Below are positions 26,657-36,983 of a DNA stretch of 42,707 nucleotides, in pieces. The stretch lies in sequence record DRR723986_11617; one strand, written 5' to 3'. A program made the position numbers and the translations under genes. The notes below the pieces were generated by a model that did not search any database, was not told the origin of the DNA, and saw nothing but the letters and a program-made list of their open reading frames with translations. Position 1 is the first letter of the stretch; each line of letters opens with the position of its first letter.

Positions 26657-29172
26657 CGAGCCGCTCGCGCCTTGGTATAGGCGGTGGCCTGTGCCGACAG
26701 CGGATCGTCTGGCCAGGGGTGTTTGGGATAGCGCCCCTTCATTTCTTTTTTTACCGCCTCGTAACTGCTGCGCCAGAAGCCAGCCAGATCACTGGTAACC
26801 TGCAACGGTCGCTGAGCCGGTGACAATAAATGCACCAACAATGGCTGCCTGCCCTCGGCAACGCGCGGGGTATCTTCGCAGCCAAACATCTCTTGCAGCT
26901 TCACCGCCAACACCGGCGGCGAAGCACAATAATCGACGCGAATTTTCGAGCCTGACGGCACACTAATACGTTCCGGCGCGGCGCGCTGCAGGGCCTGCTG
27001 CTGCGGCCAGTCCAACTGCGCCAACAGCATGGCCTCAACATCCAGGGCCTGAATATCACGTAATTTGCTCACCCCGTTTAGATACGGTGGCAACCATTGC
27101 TCCAGCGAGTCCAACAGCGCGCTGTCGCTAAAGTCAGGCCATTGCCCGGGCGCGCAGTCGTTCTCGGCCAGCAAGGCCACCCTCCCCTGAAGCTGACGCG
27201 CTGCCTCCGACCAGCGCAGCAACTCCAATCCTCTGCGACGCAACAAGGCCATCAGTGCCTGCTCGCGCAGGGACTCTTCCAACGCGGTTTCTGGTCGGCT
27301 GTCGAGCAGTAACTTGCCCAGCCAGCGCTGGCGCTCGGCAACAAAACGCTGCTGAGCATCATCCCAATCTGCCGACACCCGCTCGCTGATTAGCGGCGAC
27401 AGCGCGTCTTCTAATACCGACTCAGGCAGTGGACAAGCCAGGCGAATGCGGTCATTGCTGTCGCCGACATTGGCACTGAGTTCAATGGCCACTATGTAAG
27501 GGCTGCCGCGCAGCGGATCATCACTGGCCAGGAATGCCGAGCGGCCGTTACTTAATTGAAATTCATGGCTGCCTGCAGCGCGCTGACGACCAATGCGGTC
27601 GGGAAAGGCCCTGGCAGTCGCGATCGCCAGCGCTCGCTCGGTGTTGCCATCAAAGACGCCGTCGCTATTCGCGCCCGCCAACAAGCGCTGATACTGCGCG
27701 CTCTGCTGCAGGATACGGCGGTAGCGTTTTGGCTCGCGAGATACCTCGGCCATGCGCAAGGCAATGTCAGCCCCCGCCATGCCCGGCAGATCGCGCTCAC
27801 CCAACAGCGCTGCCAACAAGCACGCCGACTCGGCAACACCCAGCGCATGGCCATGCAATAACATGTGCGCCAGTCGCGGTGGCAATGGCAGGCGCGCCAT
27901 TGCCTCGCCGTGCTCGGTCAAGCTCAGCGCCGCGCCGCCCTCGTCCACCGCGCCGCAGGTTTTCAGTAATGCCAGCGCCTGCTCGCAGTGTGCGGGCGGT
28001 GGCGCATCCAACCAAAGAAGCGCCTCCGGGGAACTGCCCCACTGCAGGCATTGCAATACGAGGGCACTCAGGTCACTTTGCAGAATTTCAGGTTCGCTGT
28101 GGGCCTGCAAACGCTGTTGCTCGGCTTCGCTCCACAGGCGATAAGCCACCCCCGGCGCCTGCCGACCGGCGCGGCCAGCGCGCTGCGCTGCCGACGCCGC
28201 GGAGATTCGCTGAGTGTGCAAACGGCTGCTGCCGTTACGAGCATCGAACACCATTGTCCGCTCTAGACCACAGTCGATGACGATGTTTACGCCATCGATG
28301 GTCAGACTGCTCTCGGCGATATTGGTGGCCAGTACCAACTTGCGCTGACCCGGCGGCGGTGTGGCGATGGCCCGCCGCTGCTCGGCCAGACTCAGATTGC
28401 CATACAGCGGCGCGATCAAGGTGTGCTTGTCGAGCGCTGGCGCTAATCGACTGGCCAGACGATGAATGTCTGCCTGACCTGGCAGAAAGGCTAAGATATT
28501 GCCGGCATGCTGGCTGTGAGCCGCTACGATACAGCGCTGCATCTGCTCCAGATAATCCGGGGCACGACCGTCGCGCCGCTTTGCCAGTGCCTGGTAGTGA
28601 ATATCGACCGGATATTGCCGCCCCTCACTGCGCAGCACCGGGGCGTTGTTTAAATACTCGCTCAGTGCGTCGCCATTCAGGGTGGCCGACATCAGCAGTA
28701 ATTTCAGCGGCGCCTCGCGCAGCTCGGAAAATAAGCGCCGTCCTTCCAGGGCGAGCGCCAAGCCTAAGTCTGCATCCAGACTGCGCTCGTGAAACTCGTC
28801 AAAGATCAGCAGGCCCACCTGCTCCAGGCTCGGGTCATCCTGTAGCATGCGCTGCAGAATCCCCTCGGTGATCACTTCAATGCGCGTCTTGCCGGAGACT
28901 CGGCTCTCCAGGCGCACGCGATAACCCACGGTCTCGCCCACCGCCTCGCCCAACAGCTGCGCCATGCGCTCGGCGGCGCCCCGCGCGGCAATACGGCGCG
29001 GTTCCAGCATGAGAATTTTGCGCCCGGCCAGCCAAGGGGCATCGAGCAGCGATAGGGGTACTTGGGTTGTTTTACCCGCACCTGGCGGCGCTTCCAGCAC
29101 CAGCTCATCACGCTGCGACAGCGTGTCTTTGAGCTCGTCGAGCAAGGCAAAAATGGGCAGCACGTCGGCCAT
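26653..29172 (-). CDS. hrpB: ATP-dependent RNA helicase HrpB (start probably ATG 29172)
   Basis: APPGAGKTT, DEFHERSL, MSAT, LATNIAESSLTI, QRAGRAGR, MKGRYPKHPWPDDP. Confidence 0.95.
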   Translation of the reverse strand: MADVLPIFALLDELKDTLSQRDELVLEAPPGAGKTTQVPLSLLDAPWLAGRKILMLEPRRIAARGAAERMAQLLGEAVGETVGYRVRLESRVSGKTRIEVITEGILQRMLQDDPSLEQVGLLIFDEFHERSLDADLGLALALEGRRLFSELREAPLKLLLMSATLNGDALSEYLNNAPVLRSEGRQYPVDIHYQALAKRRDGRAPDYLEQMQRCIVAAHSQHAGNILAFLPGQADIHRLASRLAPALDKHTLIAPLYGNLSLAEQRRAIATPPPGQRKLVLATNIAESSLTIDGVNIVIDCGLERTMVFDARNGSSRLHTQRISAASAAQRAGRAGRQAPGVAYRLWSEAEQQRLQAHSEPEILQSDLSALVLQCLQWGSSPEALLWLDAPPPAHCEQALALLKTCGAVDEGGAALSLTEHGEAMARLPLPPRLAHMLLHGHALGVAESACLLAALLGERDLPGMAGADIALRMAEVSREPKRYRRILQQSAQYQRLLAGANSDGVFDGNTERALAIATARAFPDRIGRQRAAGSHEFQLSNGRSAFLASDDPLRGSPYIVAIELSANVGDSNDRIRLACPLPESVLEDALSPLISERVSADWDDAQQRFVAERQRWLGKLLLDSRPETALEESLREQALMALLRRRGLELLRWSEAARQLQGRVALLAENDCAPGQWPDFSDSALLDSLEQWLPPYLNGVSKLRDIQALDVEAMLLAQLDWPQQQALQRAAPERISVPSGSKIRVDYCASPPVLAVKLQEMFGCEDTPRVAEGRQPLLVHLLSPAQRPLQVTSDLAGFWRSSYEAVKKEMKGRYPKHPWPDDPLSAQATAYTKARAAR

Positions 29173-29218
29173 AGAATACGGTTCAAGCAAGGCGGCGGCA
29201 TGCCGCCGCAGCAAGGGT

Positions 29219-30094
29219 TTAGATAAAGGCTTTCAAGTCGCGCAGAAAGTCTTCCAACTTATCGTGGTGTACCCAGTGGCTGGCGCCGGGGTAGCGTTTG
29301 ATTATCGCATCTTTGAAGTAGGCCAAACGACCGCTTTCTTCCGGGTCTTCAACAAAGGTTTCTGTTCCCCAAGCCAGGAAAGTCGGGCATTCGATATTGG
29401 TGAAAATTTCCTTCAGTTCTTCCTCACCACTTTCCAGCCGGTTCAGCTTGCGGGTGTAGTTATCAAACTTCCAGCTGTAGGTACCGTCTTCATTCTGGCT
29501 GGCGCCGTGACAGGTCAGGTGCCGAGCCTGCGCCTCGGTGAGATGGGGGTTTTCCTCGTGCATACGCTCAAAGGCGTCGTGGAGGTTGGCGTAGCGGCGC
29601 GGCAGGCGCGATGACATGCCGTGGCGTACTTTCACCCAGTCACGCATTTTTTGGCGATAACTCATGGTATCGCACACTTCGGTCTCATCTTTGTCCGGCA
29701 AAATGCCTTCAATATTGACCAGTTTCTTTACGTTCTCTGGGTAAATAGATGCGTAACGGCTGGCGATATTGCCCCCCATCGAATGGCCAACAATGGTCGC
29801 CGGACCTAATTTCTTCTGATTAATCAGCTGCGCGATATCGCACACGTAAGCTTCGAAGCTGTAGTGACCATCGGGAGACCAGGCACTGTCGCCGTGGCCA
29901 CGCAAATCAGGCGCGATAATATGCCAGTCGTGGCGCAGCTCTTCGGCGATCCAGTCCCAATTTCGGCAGTGGTCCTGGCCTCCGTGAATCAAGATCAGTG
30001 GTGGCGCGTCCGGGTTGCCCCAGTCCACGTAATGCAGCCTCAGGCGCTGGGAAATATAAATATGCGACGTCGGGCCATGTAAATCGGGAATCAT
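29219..30094 (-). CDS. Alpha/beta-fold hydrolase
   Basis: IHGG oxyanion motif, PDLRGHGDS, GHSMGG nucleophile elbow, ASHWVH; RBS AAGGAG before GTG/ATG at 30097/30094. Confidence 0.9.
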   Translation of the reverse strand: MIPDLHGPTSHIYISQRLRLHYVDWGNPDAPPLILIHGGQDHCRNWDWIAEELRHDWHIIAPDLRGHGDSAWSPDGHYSFEAYVCDIAQLINQKKLGPATIVGHSMGGNIASRYASIYPENVKKLVNIEGILPDKDETEVCDTMSYRQKMRDWVKVRHGMSSRLPRRYANLHDAFERMHEENPHLTEAQARHLTCHGASQNEDGTYSWKFDNYTRKLNRLESGEEELKEIFTNIECPTFLAWGTETFVEDPEESGRLAYFKDAIIKRYPGASHWVHHDKLEDFLRDLKAFI

Positions 30095-30249
30095 CACTCT
30101 CTCCTTATCCAATGGCCCCGGGCGGGCTGCCACCCGAGGCCCTGACCATCATAGGACGCAAGACTAAATGAAACTAGGGCCTGTTAACATCCAGCCGGGC
30201 GCTTTTACCGTAAAGCATTTATAAACCAAAAACCCAATGGAGCGTCGCT

Positions 30250-31272
30250 ATGCTAGATCCCATTTCACTGGCTGAGCGCGGGTTAATCCCTGACCCCCTT
30301 ATTCGCCGCGGCATCCGCCGCCAACTTCAGGACCGTCTGGCCCAAGAGGGCCGCGATGATATCGATGCCAGCGAGCAGCGTCGTCGAGAATTTCGCGAAG
30401 CGCTGCGTCACTCAGAAATTGCCATCAATACCGACGACGCCAACGACCAGCACTACGAGGTACCTGCTGCACTCTTTGAATTGATGCTTGGCCGTCGCTT
30501 GAAATACTCAAGCTGCTGGTGGGGCGATGGTATCGACAATATCAACGACGCTGAAGAAGCCATGCTTGAGCTCTACGCAGAGCGAGCTCAACTGCGCGGT
30601 GGCCAGCGTATTTTGGAGCTCGGCTGCGGCTGGGGGAGTTTCTGTTTGTGGGCCGCCGAGCGCTATCCCGGCAGCCATATTACTGCGATATCCAATTCGC
30701 ACGGACAGCGCGAATACATCGAGGCACAGGCGCGACTGCGTGCGCTGGATAACCTGGAGGTAATCACCTGCAATGTCGCCGACTTAACACTCGACCAGCG
30801 TTTCGACCGCGTTGTTAGCATTGAAATGCTGGAGCATGTGCGCAACTACCGCGAGCTACTGAAAAACGTCGCAAGCTGGCTGGAGCCAGAGGGCCTGATG
30901 TTTGTGCACATCTTCTGTCATGCCCACCTGCACTACCCCTTTGATGGCGGCTGGATGACCGACAACTTTTTCGCCGGTGGTCAGATGCCCGCCTTCGACA
31001 CGCTTATGCACTTCTCGGAGCATATGCGTGTCGCCGATAGTTGGCGCGTGAATGGCCTGCATTACGCGCAAACGTTGGAGGCATGGCTAGAGAAGTTAGA
31101 CCAGCAGCGTCCGCGGGCAATGCAAATTCTCGCCGATGCACCCAACCCTCGCGTTCAATTCCAGCGCTGGCGCATGTTTATGCTGGCCTGCGCGGAGTTG
31201 TTCGCCTATCAGGGCGGCAATGAATGGCTGGTGGGCCATTATTTGCTCACCCCTGGGCAGCAAGCCGACTGA
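30250..31272 (+). CDS. SAM-dependent methyltransferase, cyclopropane-fatty-acyl synthase-like family
   Basis: ANDQHYE, KYSSC, ILELGCGWG, SIEMLEH. Confidence 0.88.
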   Translation: MLDPISLAERGLIPDPLIRRGIRRQLQDRLAQEGRDDIDASEQRRREFREALRHSEIAINTDDANDQHYEVPAALFELMLGRRLKYSSCWWGDGIDNINDAEEAMLELYAERAQLRGGQRILELGCGWGSFCLWAAERYPGSHITAISNSHGQREYIEAQARLRALDNLEVITCNVADLTLDQRFDRVVSIEMLEHVRNYRELLKNVASWLEPEGLMFVHIFCHAHLHYPFDGGWMTDNFFAGGQMPAFDTLMHFSEHMRVADSWRVNGLHYAQTLEAWLEKLDQQRPRAMQILADAPNPRVQFQRWRMFMLACAELFAYQGGNEWLVGHYLLTPGQQAD

Positions 31273-31276
31273 GCCA

Positions 31277-32932
31277 TTAGGCGCTGAGTTGAGCCTCCTG
31301 CTCAGCGCGTTGACGCAGCACAAAGCGCTGAATTTTGCCGCTGGAGGTTTTCGGCAGCGCGTCGACAAATTCAATTTCACGCGGGTAGGAATGCGTCGAC
31401 AGGCGGCTGCGCACATGTTGTTGTAGGGCTTCCACCAGAGCGTCGTCGCCAGTGCTACCTTCAGCCAATACCACATAGGCTTTCACAATCGCGCTACGCT
31501 TGGCATCGGGCTTGCCCACAACACCGCTCTCTACCACCGCCTCGTGCTCCAGCAGACTGCTCTCCACTTCGGCAGGGCCGATGCGGTAACCCGCTGAGGC
31601 AATAATGTCATCATCGCGACCGGTGTAAGCGTGCGACCCGTCACCGTTACTGATGACCACATCACCCGTTAGGTAGTACTTGCCGTGATAGGGGCGTTTT
31701 TCATCCCAGGTGTAGCCCTGGAAGAAGTACAGCGGCGAATTTTCCATATCAATCGCCAGCTCGCCCGTCTGCCCCGGCGCCACTTCATTGAAGTTTTCGT
31801 CCAGCGCCACGAGTCGATAGCCGGGAATTTGGTAGCCCATGCTGGCCTCGTGCTGAGGGTGGGACAGCTCGTGGAAATTGGCCGACGTCATGCCCGTTTC
31901 CGTTTGGCCGTAGTGGTCACACACCGTGCAATCAAAGGCGCGTTTTACCCAGCTAATCACCTCTGGATTTAGCGGCTCGCCGGCACTGCTGGCCACCCGC
32001 AGATCGATCTCAGGGTAGTCTGCCAACAGCTTGTCGTTCGCCATCAGCAGGCGGTAGGCCGTGGGCGCCGCCGCCAAATTACTGATCTTGTATTTGCGCA
32101 AAAACTCAAAGGTATTGTCAGCCGTAAAGCCGGCCTCGTTAAAGTGTGTGGTGCAGCCCAGCAACAGCGGGCCCACCACCGCGTAATACAAGCCGTAAGC
32201 CCAGCCGGGGTCGGCCACATTCCAGAAGTTGTCGTCCTCACGCAGGCCGACGGCGTAGCGCATATACATCCAAAATGCCGCCAGTGCGCGGGCAGGCACT
32301 GCTACGCCCTTCGACTTGCCGGTGGTTCCCGACGTAAACATCTGCAGGAAAGGCTCGTCAGCGGATATTTTAACCGGCGCGAACTCCTCGCTCTGGCGCT
32401 CAATTTCCGGCCAGTAGAGAAAGTCTGCCTCGCTGGCCAGCGCATCACCTTCATCTGCCAGTAACAGCGATGTCGGCAAGCCCTTTACCTCACGTAATTT
32501 CGGCCACTGCTCGGTGTTGGTAACAATCAGCTTGGTTTTCGCGGTTTGCAGGCGATATTCAATTGCACCAGAGCCGAAAGCGGTAAACAAAGGCTGATAA
32601 ACGGCGCCCGCGCGCAATGCGCCCAGCACACAGATCAATAGTTCAGGCGTACGCGGCAACAAACAGGCAATGCGATCACCACGGCCAATTCCGCGGGCCT
32701 GCAAAAAGCCGGCGAACTGCGCGGATCGGCGCTGTAACTCAGCAAAGGTCATCTCTCCAGGCTGACCGTCAACACGCTCGTAGCGCAGCGCCACGCGACT
32801 CTCGTCGGTGGCATAGCGGTCACAGATCTCCTCGCAAACGTTCAGACCGTCGTTAAAATCACCGACAAAATTCTGTACTATTTGCTCCATGGAAAAGTTT
32901 TTAGCGAATTCCTGATAATTGCTCGCGTTCAT
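31277..32932 (-). CDS. Short/medium-chain acyl-CoA synthetase
   Basis: FTSGTTGKSKG, SAGEPL, YGQTETG, YLTGD, GRDDD, PKTSSGKIQR. Confidence 0.93.
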   Translation of the reverse strand: MNASNYQEFAKNFSMEQIVQNFVGDFNDGLNVCEEICDRYATDESRVALRYERVDGQPGEMTFAELQRRSAQFAGFLQARGIGRGDRIACLLPRTPELLICVLGALRAGAVYQPLFTAFGSGAIEYRLQTAKTKLIVTNTEQWPKLREVKGLPTSLLLADEGDALASEADFLYWPEIERQSEEFAPVKISADEPFLQMFTSGTTGKSKGVAVPARALAAFWMYMRYAVGLREDDNFWNVADPGWAYGLYYAVVGPLLLGCTTHFNEAGFTADNTFEFLRKYKISNLAAAPTAYRLLMANDKLLADYPEIDLRVASSAGEPLNPEVISWVKRAFDCTVCDHYGQTETGMTSANFHELSHPQHEASMGYQIPGYRLVALDENFNEVAPGQTGELAIDMENSPLYFFQGYTWDEKRPYHGKYYLTGDVVISNGDGSHAYTGRDDDIIASAGYRIGPAEVESSLLEHEAVVESGVVGKPDAKRSAIVKAYVVLAEGSTGDDALVEALQQHVRSRLSTHSYPREIEFVDALPKTSSGKIQRFVLRQRAEQEAQLSA

Positions 32933-33097
32933 GTTCCTGCCCGTTTGTTAATGCGTGTTTTATAACTATTGTGTGCTAGCGCCAACGCGCTAGACCGCGA
33001 AGAAAAAACTCAGCTTAGGCAATGCACCGCCCGAACAGAATGACATGTTCCAGCAGATAATTTGACAAGTTTTGCAGCACAGGACGGTCGCCATTTG

Positions 33098-34102
33098 ATG
33101 AAAAATCTCACCTTTTCGTCACACTATGCCCGCGCGATCCTGTGGGGTTTAGAACAGCAGGGGCTGGATACCGACGCCCTGCTGCAACAGCGCGGCATCG
33201 ACCCTCAGCTGGTGCGCCAGCCAAAAGCCCGCGTGCCTACCGACCAATTTATCCGCCTGTTTAGACTGTGCTGGAAGGTCCTTGATGACGAGTTTATGGG
33301 GCGCAGCACGCTGCCCTGCCGGGTCGGCCACTTTCACTTGATGAGCGCCCTGGTCGTTCACGCCGACAACCTCGAGGAAGTCCTCAGACAGAGCATTCGC
33401 GCCTACAGTTTATTTTCCGATGATGTCCGCATTGAGTTGCGACACAGCGGCGACGAAGTGGAACTGAGCCTCAACCACCTGCGCCCCGAGCTCGACCCCG
33501 ATAACTTTCTGGTTGAATGGTTACTACTGGTTTGGCACCGCTTGGTAGGCTGGATGATCGGCCGAAAAATCGTCCTCAGCCACGCCAATTTCAAACATGC
33601 CCTGCCCGCCCATTTTGACGAGTATCGCTTTATTTTTCCCTGCGAATGCCACTTTGAGCGCGAGCGAAACAGCCTGTTCTTCAGCAAAAACTACCTGAGC
33701 ATGCCGGTATGCCGCAGCAAGGAAGAGGTCGATGAATTTGTTCTGAGTTCCCCCCGCGACCTGCTGATCTGGACCGACGAAGACAACAGCCTCAGCACCC
33801 GCGTACGCCAGCTTCTCGAAGCTCAGGAAGAGTCGCGTCTACCCAACTTGGAATGGGTGTCAGAGCAGCTGCATATGACCTCCTACACCCTGTGTCGCAA
33901 GTTAAAAAGTGAGGGCAGCTCCTACCAAAAAATTAAAGACAACCTGCGCCGCGACCAGGCCATTGTGATGCTCACCCGGCAAAATCTCAGCGTTAGCGAT
34001 ATTTCGACAAAACTGGGCTTTGCCGAACCGGGTGCCTTTTCCCGCGCCTTCAAACACTGGACGGGGCTCAGCCCCCTCAGTTACCGCAAGCAAGACCACT
34101 AA
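33098..34102 (+). CDS. AraC-family regulator, divergent from the acyl-CoA synthetase (start probably ATG 33098)
   Basis: LDDEFMG, LKSEGSSYQKIKD, LGFAEPGAFSRAFKHWTG. Confidence 0.92.
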   Translation: MKNLTFSSHYARAILWGLEQQGLDTDALLQQRGIDPQLVRQPKARVPTDQFIRLFRLCWKVLDDEFMGRSTLPCRVGHFHLMSALVVHADNLEEVLRQSIRAYSLFSDDVRIELRHSGDEVELSLNHLRPELDPDNFLVEWLLLVWHRLVGWMIGRKIVLSHANFKHALPAHFDEYRFIFPCECHFERERNSLFFSKNYLSMPVCRSKEEVDEFVLSSPRDLLIWTDEDNSLSTRVRQLLEAQEESRLPNLEWVSEQLHMTSYTLCRKLKSEGSSYQKIKDNLRRDQAIVMLTRQNLSVSDISTKLGFAEPGAFSRAFKHWTGLSPLSYRKQDH

Positions 34103-34464
34103 GCCCGGGCCGCCGCTGCGCTGGCGAGTAAGCGTTGTTGCTCCCGGTCGAGCATACGACTCACCTGCTTTAGCTCGCGAATCTTGGCATCCACCGCGGC
34201 TTTTTTCTCCGCCATCAACAACGCGCCCTGCTCACAGTCGATACGGTCACTGCGCAGCGCGTCCAGCACATCGGAAATCTCGGCGAGTGAGAACCCCAGC
34301 TCCTTCAGTTGGCGAACCATCGCCACCCGTGCCACGGCTTTTTCCGGGTAGTCGCGGTAGTTGTTGCCGCGCCGTTGCACTTCTTTTAACAGACCCGCCT
34401 TCTCGTAATAGCGCAGTGTATGACGGCTAACACCGGTGCGCTGCTCCAGCTCGGCTATTCGCAT
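34099..34464 (-). CDS. MerR-family regulator
   Basis: MRIAEL..TGVSRHTLRYYEKAGLL, NNYRDY, LGFSLAEI. Confidence 0.93.
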   Translation of the reverse strand: MRIAELEQRTGVSRHTLRYYEKAGLLKEVQRRGNNYRDYPEKAVARVAMVRQLKELGFSLAEISDVLDALRSDRIDCEQGALLMAEKKAAVDAKIRELKQVSRMLDREQQRLLASAAAARA

Positions 34465-34485
34465 CTACCTCTCCACAACAGTGGT

Positions 34486-34517
34486 TTGACATTAGAGTGC
34501 ACTCTACACCTTAGGGT
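34486..34517 (+). promoter_or_regulatory. MerR-type long-spacer promoter with operator
   Basis: TTGACA (34486-34491), 20-nt spacer, TAGGGT (34512-34517); perfect palindrome TAGAGTGCACTCTA (34493-34506) in the spacer. Confidence 0.85.
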
Positions 34518-34546
34518 AGCTTCACCGTCAAGCAAGGAGCAATACC

Positions 34547-35611
34547 ATGACCATACTGATTACCGGCGCCACGGGTTTTATTGGCCGCCACGTCTGCGCT
34601 GAATTATCGAAAAACCAAGCCCTTATCGCGGTGCTGCGCCAACCCGAGCAACAACTGCCGCTACTTCGCCAGCAAGTCGATGCACTGGGTGGCAACGGCA
34701 CCCACATCCAGGCGGTCGCTGGCGATCTGGAGCGGCCGAAGCTGGGAATTAAAGACTCGTTGCCCACGCTAGACGCCGTCATCCATCTCGCCGCCCGCTT
34801 CGCCTGGAAGTTAGCCCCCAACATCGCCCAAAACAGCAATGTAGGCGGCAGCCTGGCGGCGGCCGAACTGGCGCGGCAACACAATTGCCGATTGGTTTTT
34901 ATCAGCGGTTTTATGCTGGAAAATCACCAACACCTAAACCGTCTCGGCATCCACCCAACCGGTCCCGAGCGCACCGACTGGCGCAGGGTATACCGCCGCG
35001 CCGGCGCCTACGAGGCCAGCAAGCTGGAAGCGGCGTTCCGCGTTCGCGCTTTTGCACAAGCCAACGATATGGATCTTGTCGAAGTGCAACCCGCCACTGT
35101 GGCGGGCCACAGCCAAACCGGCATGTTGGATGCTCAGCAGCCGCTGTTTAATTTGCTGGATAACCTCGCTCATGGGCGCCTGGCCATGGTGCCGGGCAGC
35201 CCCGAACATTGGCTGCCGCTGGTCGCTGTTGATGTATTGGCAACGTTGATTGCCCATGCCACCACCAGCGAAAATGCCCCCGGGCGATTGCTGGCCCTGG
35301 ATGCCAATACGCCAAACCTGCAAGGCACACTGGCAATTGCCGCGCAGGCGCTCGACATGACTGCGCCTAAACGTCACTTACCACTGCGCCTACTGTCATG
35401 GCTGCTGCGCATTCCCGGTATGCCCACGGTAATGAACACCTCACCAGAGGCACTCAATTTTATCCAAACCACCCGTTTCGATACCCGAGACACTCAGCAA
35501 TTCATGCAGCAACTGGGCATTGAAACGCCGGATATCACGCAAGTGATTGCTCACTCGGCGCAGTTCTATCACCACCTTCAACAGGCTGCGCTGTCACCTG
35601 CCGCAAGCTGA
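34547..35611 (+). CDS. Extended SDR / NAD-dependent epimerase-reductase
   Basis: ITGATGFIG, IHLAA, YEASK; RBS AAGGAG. Confidence 0.88.
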   Translation: MTILITGATGFIGRHVCAELSKNQALIAVLRQPEQQLPLLRQQVDALGGNGTHIQAVAGDLERPKLGIKDSLPTLDAVIHLAARFAWKLAPNIAQNSNVGGSLAAAELARQHNCRLVFISGFMLENHQHLNRLGIHPTGPERTDWRRVYRRAGAYEASKLEAAFRVRAFAQANDMDLVEVQPATVAGHSQTGMLDAQQPLFNLLDNLAHGRLAMVPGSPEHWLPLVAVDVLATLIAHATTSENAPGRLLALDANTPNLQGTLAIAAQALDMTAPKRHLPLRLLSWLLRIPGMPTVMNTSPEALNFIQTTRFDTRDTQQFMQQLGIETPDITQVIAHSAQFYHHLQQAALSPAAS

Positions 35612-35653
35612 CACGCCCTTCCCGCTACGCCGTGTTGCCGTTGACGATGCCGG

Positions 35654-36103
35654 TCAAGCAGCGGCTTCAACAAACTGCTTCAAGGCGAGATTCTCGGCCG
35701 CCATGCCCTCGCGCACTGCCTTACCGGTAAACATATCGGCCAGTGCGCGCAGTGGCCCTGTTATCGGCAGCTCATTTCTATAACGCACGCCTCCGCAGGG
35801 CAACGCTTCTATCGAGCGGCTGCGCTCACCGTAAGCGAACAGGGTGAACCACCCCATATCGCACCAGCGCAAACGCTTTCCGGGCACCACTTCCAGCACC
35901 TTGTGTTTCACTTTCATCGTCTTGGCGCCCAAGCGAACAGTTACATCGGCGATTTCGCCCTCGCGACACTGGCCCTGCGCCTGAATCAGCCACGGATTCC
36001 AACGGTGGTAGCCGTCAAAATCGGCAATCACTGCAAACACATCGTCGGCATCAGCATTAATATCAATGTGCGTGGAATAGAAAATTTCTCGAAACATCAT
36101 CAA
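35654..36103 (-). CDS. SRPBCC (START/polyketide cyclase-like) domain protein
   Basis: IDINA..DDVFAVIADFDGYHRWNP ... ENLALKQFVE. Confidence 0.8.
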   Translation of the reverse strand: MMMFREIFYSTHIDINADADDVFAVIADFDGYHRWNPWLIQAQGQCREGEIADVTVRLGAKTMKVKHKVLEVVPGKRLRWCDMGWFTLFAYGERSRSIEALPCGGVRYRNELPITGPLRALADMFTGKAVREGMAAENLALKQFVEAAA

Positions 36104-36152
36104 CCCCGCTCGCCCTATGAATAACGCTTACTCTACCGCCATAGATCGCGGT

Positions 36153-36500
36153 TTAACGCTGCTCCACTTTCGCACGCTGAATAAGTTGCCTAGTACGCAG
36201 TAGTAGATACCCGGCAAATCCCACCGCGACACCTGGCACCACACCAACAAGCAAACAGACCCAACCATGCCGAACGCCGTATTGCCTGGCCTCAAAAATC
36301 ACCCATATCACCAACACCGCCCAACACACCAATACATCGGTTGAGTAGCCCGTTGAAAATGGGTTTACAAAACCCGCCGCGAACGCACCGATAATATCCG
36401 GGTTCTCCAACAACGGCGGCACAACCACCGCAGAGAAGAACACAGTGAAAAACACCGCTGCCAAAACCAGCAGTCCCCTGAAAACAGACTCTGACATCAC
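36153..36500 (-). CDS. Small membrane protein (DUF2834-like)
   Basis: Three TM segments; GFVNPFSTGYSTD, VPGVAVGFAGYL. Confidence 0.65.
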   Translation of the reverse strand: MMSESVFRGLLVLAAVFFTVFFSAVVVPPLLENPDIIGAFAAGFVNPFSTGYSTDVLVCWAVLVIWVIFEARQYGVRHGWVCLLVGVVPGVAVGFAGYLLLRTRQLIQRAKVEQR

Positions 36501-36605
36501 GCCCCCTACCTATTTCTATTTTTGCCGGTCAGTGTATCCCGCCACGTTACCGCATGGCGAGCCTACTCTGGGGCGTGTGGCTAGGCGTTGTAGCTAGGTG
36601 TTGTG

Positions 36606-36956
36606 TTAGGAATAGTGAGCGTAAGCGCGGATGACTTTACCGTTGTGTCCAAAGTGGAAAACTTCGTTCGAAAGCCCCAACACGCCCTCATACACCAACG
36701 CGACACTATTGGCGCCGCACAATGTATGCAGCAAGGTGAAATGCAAATCCGGGAATTTTTTAAGCGCCCCCGACCAGTACTCGCCGACGGCAGCTTTGCC
36801 ACGCAGCGTACCGCTGGGCTCTCCGGTTAACTGAATAATCGCTGGCGATGACATTTCAAAGTCATCGTCATAGTGAGCCAGAATTTCATTTAAATCGTGG
36901 GAATTCCATGCCGATACCCACTCCTGTGCAAAGGCCTCGGCCTGTCGCTTATCCAT
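36606..36956 (-). CDS. NTF2/SnoaL-like small protein
   Basis: WVSAWNSHDL..ILAHYDDD, GKAAVGEYW, FPDLHF. Confidence 0.82.
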   Translation of the reverse strand: MDKRQAEAFAQEWVSAWNSHDLNEILAHYDDDFEMSSPAIIQLTGEPSGTLRGKAAVGEYWSGALKKFPDLHFTLLHTLCGANSVALVYEGVLGLSNEVFHFGHNGKVIRAYAHYS

Positions 36957-36983
36957 GCTTACAACTTCCTTTAAAAATACGTT

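Noticed and set aside
651-35377. Long antisense ORFs such as 651..1259, 1656..2192, 13474..14145, 26009..26635, 27534..28280 and 28964..29614
   Set aside because: They lie opposite well-supported genes in GC-rich DNA, where stop-poor shadow frames are expected.
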